Positions 36,961 through 48,477 of a stretch of DNA of 64,000 nucleotides are shown in pieces. This stretch comes from Roseobacter sp. GTDB lineage: Bacteria; Pseudomonadota; Alphaproteobacteria; Rhodobacterales; Rhodobacteraceae. Made by a program: the position numbers and the translations under genes. Every line of letters starts with the position of its first letter. Position 1 is the stretch's first letter. Location: NCBI GenBank assembly GCA_039983935.1, contig JBDWVP010000055.1, positions 5,048 to 69,047 on the forward strand, in the 5' to 3' direction. Under the pieces are notes generated by a model that was not told where the DNA came from, searched no databases, and saw only the letters and a program-made list of their open reading frames with translations.

Positions 36961-38085
36961 TCATATGGAACAGATCAGATCGAGAATACGATCCTGATCT
37001 TCGAAAGCGAGATCTGGATATAGGGGGAGGCAAAGTACCTGCTCTGCGGCTTCTAAGGAACAAGGGAGTGTTTGTGGGTTTGCTGAGGGTAAGTCGCGAT
37101 ACATTGGGAGTTGTGTGAGTAATGGGTAAAAATAACGTCGCGCAAAAACGTGGTGAGATTTCAGAAGGTTATAGAGTTCCTCGCAAGATATCGGGTAATT
37201 TGGGCCCACTAGGATCGGGAAATTGTAGTAGTTGTGCCCAGGGCGATCTTGCGGACAGACACACCGCAGGCCGGGGATGTTTTCCAGCCGTTCCGAATAA
37301 CGATGGCTTATCTTGGCGCGTTGGGCGATGTCGTGGTCTACGTGATTGAGTTGCGCGAGACCAACTGCGGCGTGTATCTCGCTCATCTTTGCGTTGAGCC
37401 CCAGTGTTTCAATGCGGTTTTCGTCGACGATGCCATAGTTGCAAAGCCGATCAAGCGCCTGTTTTGTTTCCGCGTCATGAGAGATGATGGCGCCGCCTTC
37501 AAGTGTGTTGAAGACTTTTGTTGCATGGAAACTCACGACGGACAGATCGCCATGGCGTAATAAGCTCCCCCCAGCATCCTTTGCTCCAAAACAATGCGCG
37601 CTGTCGTAAACAAGCGCGATATTGTGGCGGCGGGCTATTTCCGCGAGAGCTGTCGTGTCGCAAGGGTTTGCATAGCAGTGCACGGCCAGGATGGCGCGGG
37701 TGTGTGGAGTGATCTTCCGTTCGACCTCTACTGGGTCGATATTCAGGGTTAAGGGATCTATGTCGGCAAAGACTAGATCCCCCCCGGCCCAGCTGGCGGC
37801 ATGGGCTGTGGCGACGAAGGAAAACGCAGGGCTGATGACCTCCCCGCCTTGGTTCCCCAAAACGTGCTTGATCGCGACCATACAGCCAATCGTTGCGTTG
37901 GAAACCAGGGTGACATAGGGCACGTCAAGATACTTTGCCAATGCCTCTGAAAACCGCTGATGAATGGGACCGCCGTTTGTCAGTAAACGACTGTTCCATA
38001 TTTCATCGAGCAGAGGCAAAACTTCTTCCTTCGGCGGAAGAGATGGCCGCGTCACATACAAATTATTTTTCAGGCTTTTATCCAA
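36961..38085 (-). CDS. DegT/DnrJ/EryC1/StrS-family PLP-dependent sugar aminotransferase
   Basis: 'RPSLPPKEEVLPLLDEIWNSRLLTNGGPIHQRFSEAL' and the Lys motif 'SFHATKVFNTLEGGAI'. The start codon at 38085 is TTG, preceded by 'AAGGAAAGG'. Confidence 0.85.
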   Translation of the reverse strand: MDKSLKNNLYVTRPSLPPKEEVLPLLDEIWNSRLLTNGGPIHQRFSEALAKYLDVPYVTLVSNATIGCMVAIKHVLGNQGGEVISPAFSFVATAHAASWAGGDLVFADIDPLTLNIDPVEVERKITPHTRAILAVHCYANPCDTTALAEIARRHNIALVYDSAHCFGAKDAGGSLLRHGDLSVVSFHATKVFNTLEGGAIISHDAETKQALDRLCNYGIVDENRIETLGLNAKMSEIHAAVGLAQLNHVDHDIAQRAKISHRYSERLENIPGLRCVCPQDRPGHNYYNFPILVGPNYPISCEELYNLLKSHHVFARRYFYPLLTQLPMYRDLPSANPQTLPCSLEAAEQVLCLPLYPDLAFEDQDRILDLICSI

Positions 38086-38275
38086 AAAAATGGCGCCTTT
38101 CCTTCAAGTGGGTCACTAAAAATATACTATTATTTGCTACCACTTTTAAGCGCTTAAAGAAAGGCCAAGGATATTTGTTAACGCGCAGGTGAATATAATT
38201 TTTCTGACATCATTGATATTCTTGCAATTGCGACGTGAGGTTGCAATTGGCGGGCTAATCCTTGTCATCTAAGGA

Positions 38276-39241
38276 TTATTTATATTCGATCAATCCTCGA
38301 GGACGGGCAATAATCCGGCGTATGTGGAATTCTAATATGCCTAAAACTTCAGCAAATTTTCCAATTGAGAGCAGCCAAGCACGCTCCCAGGCTGAGCGCG
38401 TTGCACCTTCACGTAGCGCCATGCGTATTGCGCGCAATGGATAGACCAAGAAGAGTGTTAAGGCGGGTAAGCCGAAAGCTACAACCAATACGAGAATGAA
38501 CAGTGGAACAGCGGCGCCCCAGAAGACTGCGCGACGTACCTGATCCACGCAATGTCGTTCTGGTGGTGCCCCGTGTAAGGTAGCTCCTTCCGCCCAAGCA
38601 TGCCCTGCACGGCGAGCGCGCGACCAGAATTGTCCAATCCGGGTCATGGCCGCGTCGTGCAATGTCATTTCTGCATCAATTCGCCAAATCTTCCAGTCGG
38701 CGGCGCGCAAGCGTACACACATTTCTGGTTCTTCCCCGGCAATGAGTGTCGGATTATAACCTCCAACCGCATCTAAAGCAGCCATACGCATGAGCGCGTC
38801 GCCGCCGCAAGCACGAGCTTCTCCGAGAGGCCTATCCCATTCCCAGTCACACAGGCGATTGTAGAGAGTTGCTTCAGGGAAGCGTTCCCGGCGGCGTCCG
38901 AAGACAACGCCCACGGCTACATGGTCATTTAGAAAGGATTGGGCTGCGGGCAACCAGTCGGGCTGCAGCTCGCAATCTCCATCCATGAACTGCACAAGTT
39001 CTGGTTTTTCGCCGTTTTGGCGTAAGTGCTCCAACCCGGCGTTACGGGCGCGGGCGGCAGTAAAGGGCTGCTCCATGTCGAGGTTGATGACCTCGGCACC
39101 TGCCGCTTCAGCCGCGGCTTGTGAGCCATCTGTGGAACCGCTGTCCACATAGACGACCCGGTCAGCCGCTATTACAGAGGCAAGCCCGCGCAGGAGCCGG
39201 TCGCCTTCATTGCGGCCGATGATGACAACTGCGAGTTTCAT
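38276..39241 (-). CDS. Family 2 glycosyltransferase with C-terminal TM segment
   Basis: 'MKLAVVIIGRNEGDRLLRGLASV...VVYVDSGSTDGS' and 'FMDGDCEL' (DxD). ATG at 39241 is preferred over the GTG at 39283. Confidence 0.8.
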   Translation of the reverse strand: MKLAVVIIGRNEGDRLLRGLASVIAADRVVYVDSGSTDGSQAAAEAAGAEVINLDMEQPFTAARARNAGLEHLRQNGEKPELVQFMDGDCELQPDWLPAAQSFLNDHVAVGVVFGRRRERFPEATLYNRLCDWEWDRPLGEARACGGDALMRMAALDAVGGYNPTLIAGEEPEMCVRLRAADWKIWRIDAEMTLHDAAMTRIGQFWSRARRAGHAWAEGATLHGAPPERHCVDQVRRAVFWGAAVPLFILVLVVAFGLPALTLFLVYPLRAIRMALREGATRSAWERAWLLSIGKFAEVLGILEFHIRRIIARPRGLIEYK

Positions 39242-39353
39242 TCGTCTGGTCCGTTCATTGCGCTTTTCAAGCTTTTGGATCACGCAGATTACTCATGCAA
39301 TGAGATAGGTTGCTGTTCTCTATTCTTGCTCTGCCAGTGGTGACGTATTGGGA

Positions 39354-41810
39354 CTACTGTTTCTCAGTTTCGGGGCTTACTTGTTGCAACTGCGCGAGCT
39401 GTTGCCGGGCTCTGTCCACTTGAAAGCGATTATCCTGGGTATCGGCCATCTCTAGAACACGTTGGTAGGCGGCGATTGCATCCTGTGGGCGTTCGAGTGC
39501 GGCGTAGGTCTCTGCGAGGTGGTATTGTACAATTGGATCTTGAGGTAACCCGGTTGCAGCGTTTTCCAGATAGGGCAGGGCGGTTTCTACATCTCCGCGC
39601 CGGAACGCAAGCCAACCATAGGTATCTTGGAAAGCGGGCACTTCGGTATCGCGTAAACGCCGCGCGATTGTCCACGCTCGGTCGAGACTAGCTTCATCAT
39701 CCTTGTAGGTTACCAATAGGCTGGCCAGGTTGTTGGCAAAAATAACCAATCCGGTGTCGCGCGCATAAAGTCCTTCATAGATTGCAATTGCGTCATCTAT
39801 CTGTCCGGATTGCTCTAGTTCTACGGCCTTGATCCAGAGCAGGACTGGTGAGTCAGGTATGGCTTGGAGGGCTTCATCCAATACGGCGCTTGAGGCGGTG
39901 TCACCATTTTCAGCCTGAGTAATGCGGTAAAGTTGCTGCCATACAGTAACATTGGTTGGATCTTCGGTTGCCAGCTCTCGCATACTTGCCTGAGCCGTTG
40001 CCAGATCGCCAGTGGCCGCACGGGTCATTGCAAGCAGGAAGCGGCGATTTAGATCATCCGGTGCTTCCGCTACCAGTTCTTCAGAGAGACGCAAGGCTTG
40101 ATCAAGTTGTCCGGATGCAAGGCGCGCACGCAAAAGAGCCACTTGTTCGTTTAGTCCAGCATCAGCGCCTTGTGCCATTTGCTCAAGGAACGCCAGCGCT
40201 TCTGTATTGCCGTCCTGACGGGCCAGGAGTTGAATTTGTAATTGGTTTGCGGCGGCCTCGGATGCTTCTGTTTCTACCCGGCGGAGCTGTTCGACAACCA
40301 TTTCGGCGCGGCCGAAATCGTCTGTGTTTAAATATATTTCACCCAAAAGCGTCAATATCTCTTGGCTCCGAGGGGTCCGGCGCAGAGCTGAAATCAGCAC
40401 TTCTTCGGCCGCCCGGCTGTTATCTTCGCTCATCAAAAGCCGTGCATAGCGTAGAGAGGAGGCCGGCGCATGGTCTGACACATCAACAGCCTGGGCGATG
40501 AAATCACGCGCCAGATCACGGCTCCCGGACCTGAGATAAGCATCAGCCATCAGGTTTAATGCTTGCTCATCTTCTGGCTGGGAATCGAGAGCCCGACGTA
40601 GGTTGGCAATGGCCGAGTCTGCTTCATCCGCTTCGATCAGTTGGGCTGCGTTGATTTTCAATGCAGCGACATTATCACCATCAGCTTCTAGAACCTCACC
40701 GATCAGCCGCTGTGCTCCAACTTCATTGCCTGTGGCCTGCAGCATGCGCGATAGGGCAACTTTGATTTCGTTCAGTAGCTCGGATGGCTCCGCGCGATCT
40801 ATGATCTCTTGCAGAGCAGAGATTGCTACGTCACGTTCCCCGTCTTCGAAATCAAGCGCGGCTCGGATGACCCGCAAGCGGTCAGGTTCCGGGTTAACAT
40901 CTAGGGCAGCATCAATTTCTGCGCGGGCTGCGTCATTGCCACGTGTCTGTTTAACGAACTGCACAAGGCTGACAAACAACGTAGGATCTGCATCGGTCGG
41001 GTCGCTGATTTCGCGCAAGAAAGTCTCGGCTTTCTCTTGTTCACCTGTTGCAATGAAATATTGGACCAACCGGCTCTTTGCTTCGAGATCCTCGGGGAAG
41101 GTGTCGACGACATCCCGTAAATGCGCTTCGATCTTCTCGCGATCACCCGTTTCTCGCAACAATAGCAGCCGTTGCTCGTAATAATGGCGTGTTTGTGGCG
41201 CACGGGAGATCATTTTTTCCAGCTGCGCCAGCGCTTTATCTGCAGCAGGAGCCCCGGCACGTAGATAGGTATCAAATAGGATCTGTTCTAGAATACTACT
41301 GTCTGCGAACGTATCCATCATTGTTTCTGCGCGGATGGATACGCCTTCGATGGCTGGTGTATCGCTGTCCAAAACAGCCTGGCGGTATTGCAAGGCCAAT
41401 TCGATTACTTGGCTGCTGGGGCGATCTGGATCCAATTCAACAGCGCGCTGGCCGTGGCGTTCAAATTCTTCCCAGTTGCGGCCTTCAAAGGCCAATTCCG
41501 CCAGGGCTGTGCGTCCCTCGGCATCATCTGGGAGTTGTTCAACCAGACGCAAGTATTGGCCATAGGCGGCAGCGCGATTTCCTTGTTCCATCATCAGCTG
41601 GGCCATGCTGCGCCGGGCGTCTGCGTGGTTTGGGATCAATTCAAAAACATTGCGTAATTCGATAATTGCGCGATCCGGGTCACCGGCTGCAATTAATTCT
41701 TGCGCAGATTCGAAGTAGGCATCAGCTTTGTCTTCTGCTGACTCACAGGCTGCAAGGGTCAGGCAGAGCCCGCTGATTGCTAGAACTTTAATGAATATTT
41801 GACCGCGCAT
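39354..41810 (-). CDS. Large TPR-repeat lipoprotein (PrsT-like, PEP-CTERM-locus type)
   Basis: Lipobox 'LCLTLAAC' directly after the 'MRGQIFIKVLAISG' start (ATG 41810, SD 'GGAG'). The remaining ~800 aa consist of TPR-like A/L/E/R-rich repeats. Confidence 0.75.
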   Translation of the reverse strand: MRGQIFIKVLAISGLCLTLAACESAEDKADAYFESAQELIAAGDPDRAIIELRNVFELIPNHADARRSMAQLMMEQGNRAAAYGQYLRLVEQLPDDAEGRTALAELAFEGRNWEEFERHGQRAVELDPDRPSSQVIELALQYRQAVLDSDTPAIEGVSIRAETMMDTFADSSILEQILFDTYLRAGAPAADKALAQLEKMISRAPQTRHYYEQRLLLLRETGDREKIEAHLRDVVDTFPEDLEAKSRLVQYFIATGEQEKAETFLREISDPTDADPTLFVSLVQFVKQTRGNDAARAEIDAALDVNPEPDRLRVIRAALDFEDGERDVAISALQEIIDRAEPSELLNEIKVALSRMLQATGNEVGAQRLIGEVLEADGDNVAALKINAAQLIEADEADSAIANLRRALDSQPEDEQALNLMADAYLRSGSRDLARDFIAQAVDVSDHAPASSLRYARLLMSEDNSRAAEEVLISALRRTPRSQEILTLLGEIYLNTDDFGRAEMVVEQLRRVETEASEAAANQLQIQLLARQDGNTEALAFLEQMAQGADAGLNEQVALLRARLASGQLDQALRLSEELVAEAPDDLNRRFLLAMTRAATGDLATAQASMRELATEDPTNVTVWQQLYRITQAENGDTASSAVLDEALQAIPDSPVLLWIKAVELEQSGQIDDAIAIYEGLYARDTGLVIFANNLASLLVTYKDDEASLDRAWTIARRLRDTEVPAFQDTYGWLAFRRGDVETALPYLENAATGLPQDPIVQYHLAETYAALERPQDAIAAYQRVLEMADTQDNRFQVDRARQQLAQLQQVSPETEKQ

Positions 41811-41986
41811 CGCTGAACTCCACAAACTTTGTACCCGTATTGCTCGTCTGAGGGTACTGACCAACAAGCTAAACATGTTGTTGGTGTATATGGCAGGGAT
41901 ATTCTGAAATATACTATATTTTCATTAACGTGATGAGTGCGTGAATATTCGTCTGGAAAATATAGAGAAGCTATAATTGTGGGGAT

Positions 41987-42676
41987 TTAGAGGCCTGTGG
42001 CGCGCACTACAACGCCGACGGTTTGAAACAGGATACGCACGTCAGTGACGAAAGACACGTTGCGTGCATAGCCATCATCAAACACCGCGCGGCCAGCAAA
42101 CACACTGTCGTTACGCTCGGACACCTGCCATGGGCCTGTAATTCCTGGGCGCAGCGCATAGTAAGCGCGGCCAGGGTAAAGGCTCTTTTGGGACACCATC
42201 ATTGGGCGTGGTCCCACCAGTGACATGGAGCCTGTCAGGACGTTCCACAGCTGTGGGAGTTCGTCCATTGAGCTTTTACGCAGCAACACACCAATACGCG
42301 TGATGCGTGGGTCATGGCGCAGTTTCTGGCTCGCGTCCCATTCAGCTTTGGCTGCTGGGTTGGTTGCGAGGTATGTTTTCAGCGCTTGGTCTGCATCGGG
42401 GACCATTGTGCGAATCTTCCAAATGCGGAATTGGCGCCCACCGCGACCGATGCGGATTTGGGAATAGAAAGGGTTATGTCCATCCAGCGCCACAATCACA
42501 CAAGCGAGTACAATCAAAGGTAAGATCGGCAGGACTGCAAGCACCACAAGGGCGACGTCAATCCAGCGTTTTACGAAACGATTATAAGTACTTCTCACTC
42601 GATACGGCTGCTTTGTAGCAGGTTTTACATATTCTGCATGCGTAGAAGAATTTAAAAAATGAACAGTCATAAACAC
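41987..42676 (-). CDS. Undecaprenyl-phosphate sugar phosphotransferase (WbaP/ExoY-type priming transferase)
   Basis: 'KRWIDVALVVLAVLPILPLI', 'RIGRGGRQFRIWKIRTM' and 'DELPQLWNVLTGSMSLVGPRP'. Confidence 0.85.
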   Translation of the reverse strand: MFMTVHFLNSSTHAEYVKPATKQPYRVRSTYNRFVKRWIDVALVVLAVLPILPLIVLACVIVALDGHNPFYSQIRIGRGGRQFRIWKIRTMVPDADQALKTYLATNPAAKAEWDASQKLRHDPRITRIGVLLRKSSMDELPQLWNVLTGSMSLVGPRPMMVSQKSLYPGRAYYALRPGITGPWQVSERNDSVFAGRAVFDDGYARNVSFVTDVRILFQTVGVVVRATGL

Positions 42677-43020
42677 TCAAACTCCCGAAGTGACTCAAAA
42701 CACAGTCACGCGTTACACTCACACTAATCCGTCAGAATAGACGGTACCACCACTTATCTTCAAACTTATGTCATCATTTAAGAGAATATTAACAAAATTG
42801 CAAATGGAACGTGGATTCAAGGTTACCAAATGAGAGTCATGCTTAATGCTTGTTCATTTTTCCTTGGGGGGACAGTTTTTTTGAAATTCCACGTGTCTGT
42901 TTAGAAAAGGTACTTAAATTTCGAGCATGATAATGGTCTTTCAATTCTGGTGCAGGTGCGTGACAGTATCAGGTGTTGTTGCTAAGGAAGCGCCCGAACG
43001 TATTAGACGGAGAATGCACC

Positions 43021-43587
43021 GTGCAAATCGAGCAAACTGGATTAGAAGGTGTTGTGGTATTGAAACCTCAGCGTTTTGGGGATGCCCGAGGGTTTTTCTG
43101 TGAAAGCTGGAACCGCAGCCGGATGGCAGAGGCAGGCTTTGACATTGATTGGGTTCAGGACAACCATTCGCTTTCAGAAGCGGTTGGGACGATCCGTGGG
43201 TTACATTTCCAGGCACCACCACATGCGCAGGCCAAATTGGTGCGATGTGGTCGTGGCGCTTTTTATGATGTGGTCGTGGATATTCGCCGTGGCTCACCCA
43301 CTTATGGGCAATGGTACGGTATCGAGTTGAGCTTTGAGAATGGCCAACAGCTTTTGGTTCCCGAGGGGTTTCTGCATGGTTTTGTGACCCGTGCCCCTGA
43401 CACCGAAATCATTTACAAATGTTCTGACTATTATTCCCCTGAGGCTGATGGGGCCGTACGTTGGGATAGTTGTGGCATCGATTGGGGATTTGGTAACACG
43501 CAGCCGATTTTGTCGCAAAAGGATGCCGCGGCCCCGGCGCTGGATGATTTTGACACGCCCTTCGTCTGGGATAAGACAAGAAATTAA
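43021..43587 (+). CDS. rmlC: dTDP-4-dehydrorhamnose 3,5-epimerase
   Basis: 'GVVVLKPQRFGDARGFFCESWN' and 'RGLHFQAPPHAQAKLVRCGRGAFYDVVVD'. GTG at 43021 lies 6 nt after 'GGAGAA'; the ORF track starts at 42973. Confidence 0.9.
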   Translation: MQIEQTGLEGVVVLKPQRFGDARGFFCESWNRSRMAEAGFDIDWVQDNHSLSEAVGTIRGLHFQAPPHAQAKLVRCGRGAFYDVVVDIRRGSPTYGQWYGIELSFENGQQLLVPEGFLHGFVTRAPDTEIIYKCSDYYSPEADGAVRWDSCGIDWGFGNTQPILSQKDAAAPALDDFDTPFVWDKTRN

Positions 43588-43645
43588 TGATCCTTTGGGA
43601 TAAACCCGCCGTGCCAACTCGATTTTCGTAACAAAGGGATGTTTT

Positions 43646-44689
43646 ATGAAGCTTTTGGTAACCGGCGGGGCAGGGTTTATTGGCTCAGCTGTGGTACGAC
43701 TCGCCGTGGCGCGTGGACATGAGGTGATAAATCTCGACGCGCTGACCTATGCGGCCTGTCTGGATAACGTGGCAGCTGTGGCGGACAATCCGCTTTATAC
43801 CTTTGAAAAGGCCGACATTCGCGATCGCGCTGCCCTTGATCGTATTTTCGCAGAACATTCGCCGGATGCGGTCATGCATCTGGCCGCAGAGTCTCATGTG
43901 GACCGCTCCATCGACGGGCCGGGCGATTTCGTCGAGACCAATATCACTGGCACCTACAATATGCTTGAGGCGGCGCGCGGCTATTGGGAAGGGCAGGGGC
44001 GGCCAGAGAGCTTTCGGTTCCACCACATTTCTACGGATGAGGTTTTTGGCAGCTTAGGCGCCGAAGGCCAGTTTACCGAAGAGACCCCTTATGACCCCCG
44101 CTCCCCCTATTCGGCGTCCAAGGCAGCCTCGGACCATCTGGTCCGCGCATGGCTTGAAACCTATGGGTTGCCGATCGTTCTGACCAATTGTTCCAATAAC
44201 TACGGGCCTTATCATTTCCCCGAAAAGCTCATCCCTGTGGTGATCCTGAACGCACTGGCCGGAAAACCACTGCCGATTTACGGCGATGGCTCCAATGTGC
44301 GTGATTGGCTTTATGTCGAAGATCACGCGGATGCGCTGCTCTTGGTGCTGGAAAAGGGTGCGGTTGGCCGCTCCTATAATATCGGGGGCGAAAACGAACG
44401 CTCTAACCTCGATCTGGTGAAAACGCTTTGCGCGACCCTGGATGAGATGCGCCCAAAAGAGACCGGTTCCTATGGGGATCAGATTACATTTGTGACGGAT
44501 CGTCCGGGCCATGATGCACGCTATGCGATTGATCCTGCACGCATCCGCGATGAACTAGGGTGGCGCCCGTCGGTCAATGTCGAAGAAGGCCTGCGGCGCA
44601 CAGTGGCCTGGTATCTGGACAACGAAGAATGGTGGCGCGCATTACAAAACCGCCATGGTGTTGGTGACCGTCTTGGCGTGACCGCATGA
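43646..44689 (+). CDS. rmlB: dTDP-glucose 4,6-dehydratase
   Basis: '[17 protein letters not shown]', 'ISTDEVFG' and '[15 protein letters not shown]'. Confidence 0.95.
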   Translation: MKLLVTGGAGFIGSAVVRLAVARGHEVINLDALTYAACLDNVAAVADNPLYTFEKADIRDRAALDRIFAEHSPDAVMHLAAESHVDRSIDGPGDFVETNITGTYNMLEAARGYWEGQGRPESFRFHHISTDEVFGSLGAEGQFTEETPYDPRSPYSASKAASDHLVRAWLETYGLPIVLTNCSNNYGPYHFPEKLIPVVILNALAGKPLPIYGDGSNVRDWLYVEDHADALLLVLEKGAVGRSYNIGGENERSNLDLVKTLCATLDEMRPKETGSYGDQITFVTDRPGHDARYAIDPARIRDELGWRPSVNVEEGLRRTVAWYLDNEEWWRALQNRHGVGDRLGVTA

Positions 44690-45531
44690 CCTTGCTTGTT
44701 TTTGGCAAAACCGGCCAGGTGGCAACGGAATTGGCCCGATTAGCGCCCGATGCAACATTTTTGAGCCGGGATCAGGTGGATTTGGCCGACCCTGCGCAAG
44801 TTGCTGCGATCCTATCCCAAACCCAAGCGGATGCCATTATCAATGCTGCGGCTTATACGGCAGTGGACAAAGCTGAGAGCGAAGCGGATGTTGCACAGGC
44901 TGTTAATGGCACCTCGGTCGGCATCATGGCGGCCCATGCCGCGGCGCAGGGCATTCCATTTGTGCATATTTCCACTGATTATGTTTTTGATGGCACCGGG
45001 GCCAGCCCCCGTGCGCCGCACGAGGCAACAGGCCCATTGGGTGTTTATGGTGAGAGTAAGCTGGCGGGCGAGGCTTTGATCACGGGGGCAGGGGGCATCT
45101 TTGCGATCCTGCGGACATCTTGGGTGTTTTCAGCCCATGGGAACAACTTTGTAAAAACCATGCTGCGCTTGTCCGAAAGCCGGGATCAACTGAGCATTGT
45201 GGCCGACCAGATTGGGGGTCCAACCCCGGCTGGGGCAATTGCACAGGCCTGCTTGGCCCTTGTCGAAGCCTTGAAGGCAGAATCCGGCAAGTCAGGAACC
45301 TATCACTTCAGCGGCACACCTGATGCAAGTTGGGCAGATTTTGCGCGGTGCATTTTTGCGGCGGCAGGTCGGGACATTAGTGTCGAAGACATCCCCACCA
45401 CGGCATTTCCAACGCCGGCTGCTCGCCCGCTGAATTCTCGGCTGGATTGTGCCACATTACAGACTGAATTTGGCATTAGCCGCCCTGACTGGAAAACCGC
45501 TGTCGCACAGATCGTTGGAGAGCTGACATGA
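44686..45531 (+). CDS. rmlD: dTDP-4-dehydrorhamnose reductase
   Basis: '[13 protein letters not shown]', '[13 protein letters not shown]' and 'YGESKLAGE'. ATGA overlaps occur at both ends. Confidence 0.9.
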   Translation: MTLLVFGKTGQVATELARLAPDATFLSRDQVDLADPAQVAAILSQTQADAIINAAAYTAVDKAESEADVAQAVNGTSVGIMAAHAAAQGIPFVHISTDYVFDGTGASPRAPHEATGPLGVYGESKLAGEALITGAGGIFAILRTSWVFSAHGNNFVKTMLRLSESRDQLSIVADQIGGPTPAGAIAQACLALVEALKAESGKSGTYHFSGTPDASWADFARCIFAAAGRDISVEDIPTTAFPTPAARPLNSRLDCATLQTEFGISRPDWKTAVAQIVGELT

Positions 45532-46397
45532 GCACACGTAAAGGTATCATTCTGGCAGGGGGATCGGGTACGCGGCTCTATCCGATCACGTTGGGCGTTT
45601 CGAAACAACTGCTGCCGATTTACGACAAGCCAATGATTTACTATCCGCTAACCGCCTTGATGCTTGCCGGCATCCGGGAGATTGCATTGATCACCACGCC
45701 GCAAGATCAGGACCAGTTTCGGCGCATGTTGGGGGATGGATCGCAGTTTGGTATTTCGCTCACGTATATCGAACAACCCGCGCCAGATGGGTTGGCACAG
45801 GCGTTCATTCTCGCCGAAGATTTTCTGGCTGGGTGTCCGTCAACGCTGGTTTTGGGGGATAATATTTTCTTTGGTCATGGTCTGCCCAAATTGATGGCCG
45901 CCGCAGATGAAAAGCCTCAGGGCGCGACGGTCTTTGGCTATCAGGTGGCGGATCCGGAACGCTATGGGGTTGTTGATTTCTCTGCTGATGGCACGGTGCG
46001 ACGCATTATCGAAAAACCGACAACACCGCCGTCGAATTTTGCAGTAACGGGTCTGTATTTTGTCGATGGTACGGCGCCGGAAAAAGCGCGCGCCGTGAAA
46101 CCTTCAGAGCGTGGTGAACTCGAGATCACCACCCTGCTAGAGATGTATCTGGCTGAAGGCAGCCTGTCCGTTCAACGTATGGGGCGTGGCTATGCTTGGC
46201 TTGATACGGGCACCCATGCATCGCTGCTGGACGCGGCAAATTTCGTGCGCACAATTGAACAACGACAAGGCCTACAAATCGGTAGCCCTGAAGAAGTCGC
46301 CTACCAAATGGGCTGGATTGATGCAGACGTCCTGCGCGATCAAGCGCAACGCTATGCCAAAAATGACTACGGGCGCTATCTCGAAGGATTGCTTTGA
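45528..46397 (+). CDS. rmlA: Glucose-1-phosphate thymidylyltransferase
   Basis: '[37 protein letters not shown]' and '[13 protein letters not shown]'. Confidence 0.95.
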   Translation: MSTRKGIILAGGSGTRLYPITLGVSKQLLPIYDKPMIYYPLTALMLAGIREIALITTPQDQDQFRRMLGDGSQFGISLTYIEQPAPDGLAQAFILAEDFLAGCPSTLVLGDNIFFGHGLPKLMAAADEKPQGATVFGYQVADPERYGVVDFSADGTVRRIIEKPTTPPSNFAVTGLYFVDGTAPEKARAVKPSERGELEITTLLEMYLAEGSLSVQRMGRGYAWLDTGTHASLLDAANFVRTIEQRQGLQIGSPEEVAYQMGWIDADVLRDQAQRYAKNDYGRYLEGLL

Positions 46398-46505
46398 GGA
46401 GCCACTGCTTTGGTCGCTTAATGCATGCCCTTTGTATCTTAGATACCCTGTCCGACGCGGCCATAAAGCGACATAAAAATCGCAGACATTGTAAGGCCAT
46501 CGAGT

Positions 46506-46950
46506 ATGAAAAAACGTATTCTAATCATCGGAGGGTCTTCCGGTGTTGGCCCCGTTAATGTTAGCTCAAAGGTTGAAGGAGGGCACCAATACCGCCCTAA
46601 AGGTCATGTTGATCACTTCCAGTTCTCAATATACGCCGCGAAAGCTGGAACCGGCCTATTGTGCGACCAAGTCTGGTCTTGGAATGCTTGGAGCATCACT
46701 TGTCCTTGATCGTGGCATTGGAAAAGTGCTGGTTGTGGCCCCTTCCGGGATCGATACCCCATTCTGGTCTGGCACGGATGAAGACACTGAAACAATGCTT
46801 GAAGTCGGCTGGGTTGCTGAACAGATCGTCTCGTTGTCTGGCGGCGTGTTCAAGTACAAATACGCTAAGCTACTTCGCAACCCGAAGCGGGTTGAGATCG
46901 TGGAATGTTTGGATAATGATTTCCAAAAGGTGGATCATTTCTCAACTTAA
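46506..46950 (+). pseudogene. Degraded short-chain dehydrogenase/reductase (frameshifted and internally shortened)
   Basis: 'MKKRILIIGGSSGVG' (frame of 46506) continues only in the frame of 46543 ('LMLAQRLKEG...ITSSSQYTPRKLEPAYCATKSGL'). The shift coincides with a C4 run at ~46550-46553. Roughly 70-100 aa appear to be missing between the Rossmann motif and the S...YxxxK region (estimate from a ~250-aa typical SDR). Confidence 0.5.
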
Positions 46951-47187
46951 CATGCGGAACGTCGCGCATCATTGCCTCGATACAGAGGTTTTTTAAATCC
47001 TATCAATGGGTTGCGTTGGGCGGTATTGCCCAAACCGGAGCTATCCCATGACCTAAGCGAGCGCCGGCTGAGCGGTATTTTGTGAGCCTTCGCCGCTCTT
47101 CTTCAAAGGACCACTTCGCCGCGTGAATGATTACCCTCGTGATGCCAAGGTATTGTATTCGGAGGTAGTAACCCGGAAGCTGTGGGC

Positions 47188-48477
47188 ATGACGAACGAAG
47201 TAGAATTCTCTTTCAATGCTCTGCCGGGGTCAGCACGACGGCATCTTCGAGTGTTTCAGATACACCAATTTCTTGATCGCTTTGCCATGGGTCTCACAGT
47301 GGCCGTGGTTGCGCTGGCGTTGACGGATCGAGGCATGGACCTCTTCCAGATTTCGCTTCTGTTCGGGGTCTACGCGATCACAACAATGGCGATGGAACTC
47401 CCGTTCGGCGGCTTAGCCGATAATATTGGGCGCAAACCGGTTTTTCTTGCAGCGGTCATTGCTAGTTTGATTTCGTTAGCGCTTTTCCTAGTAGCTAGTG
47501 ATTTCTACGTTCTGGCTCTTTCGTTTGTCGTCATTGGATTTGGACGTGCTCTGCGGTCAGGCACGCTTGATGCGTGGTTTGTCGAGACTTTCAAAGCTAA
47601 TGCGCCAAATGTGGATGTCCAACCCGCGCTCGCCAAAGCTCAGTGGGCCAATGCTATAGGCCTAGCTGTCGGTGCCGTTTTGGGAGGCATCCTGCCCGAT
47701 GCATTCGGTTCAGTCGTTCAGAGATATGGATTCAGCATTTATGATGTTTCCTACGCAGCAAGCTTTGCCGTGATGGTCGGAGTGTTGCTTTTCACCCTGT
47801 TTGCCATTGCCGAAGAACCGCGCGCCCTTCATCCCAAAGCCCTCAAACAAGGGTTCGCTAACGTCCCATGGGTGATCACAGAGGCCGGCCGTCTTGCGTT
47901 GAAACACCCTACGCTTTCAATACTTTTAACGGCTCTCGCATTTTTCCTAATGGCAACTAATCCGGTTGAGGTGATCTGGCCGACATACGCTAAGCCAATG
48001 TTAGATCAAGGTTACGCAAATACCGCTATTGGTGCTCTGACGGCCTGCTACTTTTTCTCAATCGCGTTTGGTGCCTCGCTGTCTCCCTATATCAGTCAGG
48101 TTTTCAAACGTCGCCACGCGGTCACTCTTGCGGCAATTCTTACCTGTCTCGCGACTGTTCAGGTAGCACTGGCGATGCAGAGCAAGATCGACGGATTTGT
48201 AGGCGTTTTTATTGTATATTCCATTATTCTTGGAGCGAGCGAGACGCCTGCCAGTAGTATTCTGCACAGATGTGTGGAAGATCGCCAAAGGTCTACAATG
48301 CTGTCTCTGCGATCTCTAATACAACAGCTCGGAGCTGCGCTAGGACTGGTCTTGGTCGGAGCTATGGCCGAGGTTTACTCCATACCTGTTGCATGGGTTT
48401 TTGGTGCGGGTTTTCTGGTCATAGCAGTGATCCTGATTTGTGTGCTAGCGATGCGGCCAGAAACGATACCAGAATAG
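47188..48477 (+). CDS. MFS transporter
   Basis: MFS motif A 'GGLADNIGRKPVFL' and ~12 hydrophobic segments. ATG at 47188 is preferred over the GTG at 47182. Confidence 0.8.
   Translation: MTNEVEFSFNALPGSARRHLRVFQIHQFLDRFAMGLTVAVVALALTDRGMDLFQISLLFGVYAITTMAMELPFGGLADNIGRKPVFLAAVIASLISLALFLVASDFYVLALSFVVIGFGRALRSGTLDAWFVETFKANAPNVDVQPALAKAQWANAIGLAVGAVLGGILPDAFGSVVQRYGFSIYDVSYAASFAVMVGVLLFTLFAIAEEPRALHPKALKQGFANVPWVITEAGRLALKHPTLSILLTALAFFLMATNPVEVIWPTYAKPMLDQGYANTAIGALTACYFFSIAFGASLSPYISQVFKRRHAVTLAAILTCLATVQVALAMQSKIDGFVGVFIVYSIILGASETPASSILHRCVEDRQRSTMLSLRSLIQQLGAALGLVLVGAMAEVYSIPVAWVFGAGFLVIAVILICVLAMRPETIPE

Noticed and set aside
47188-48477. The 12-TM protein as a Wzy-type polymerase
   Set aside because: It carries the MFS motif A 'GGLADNIGRKP' between TM2 and TM3, so it is a transporter.
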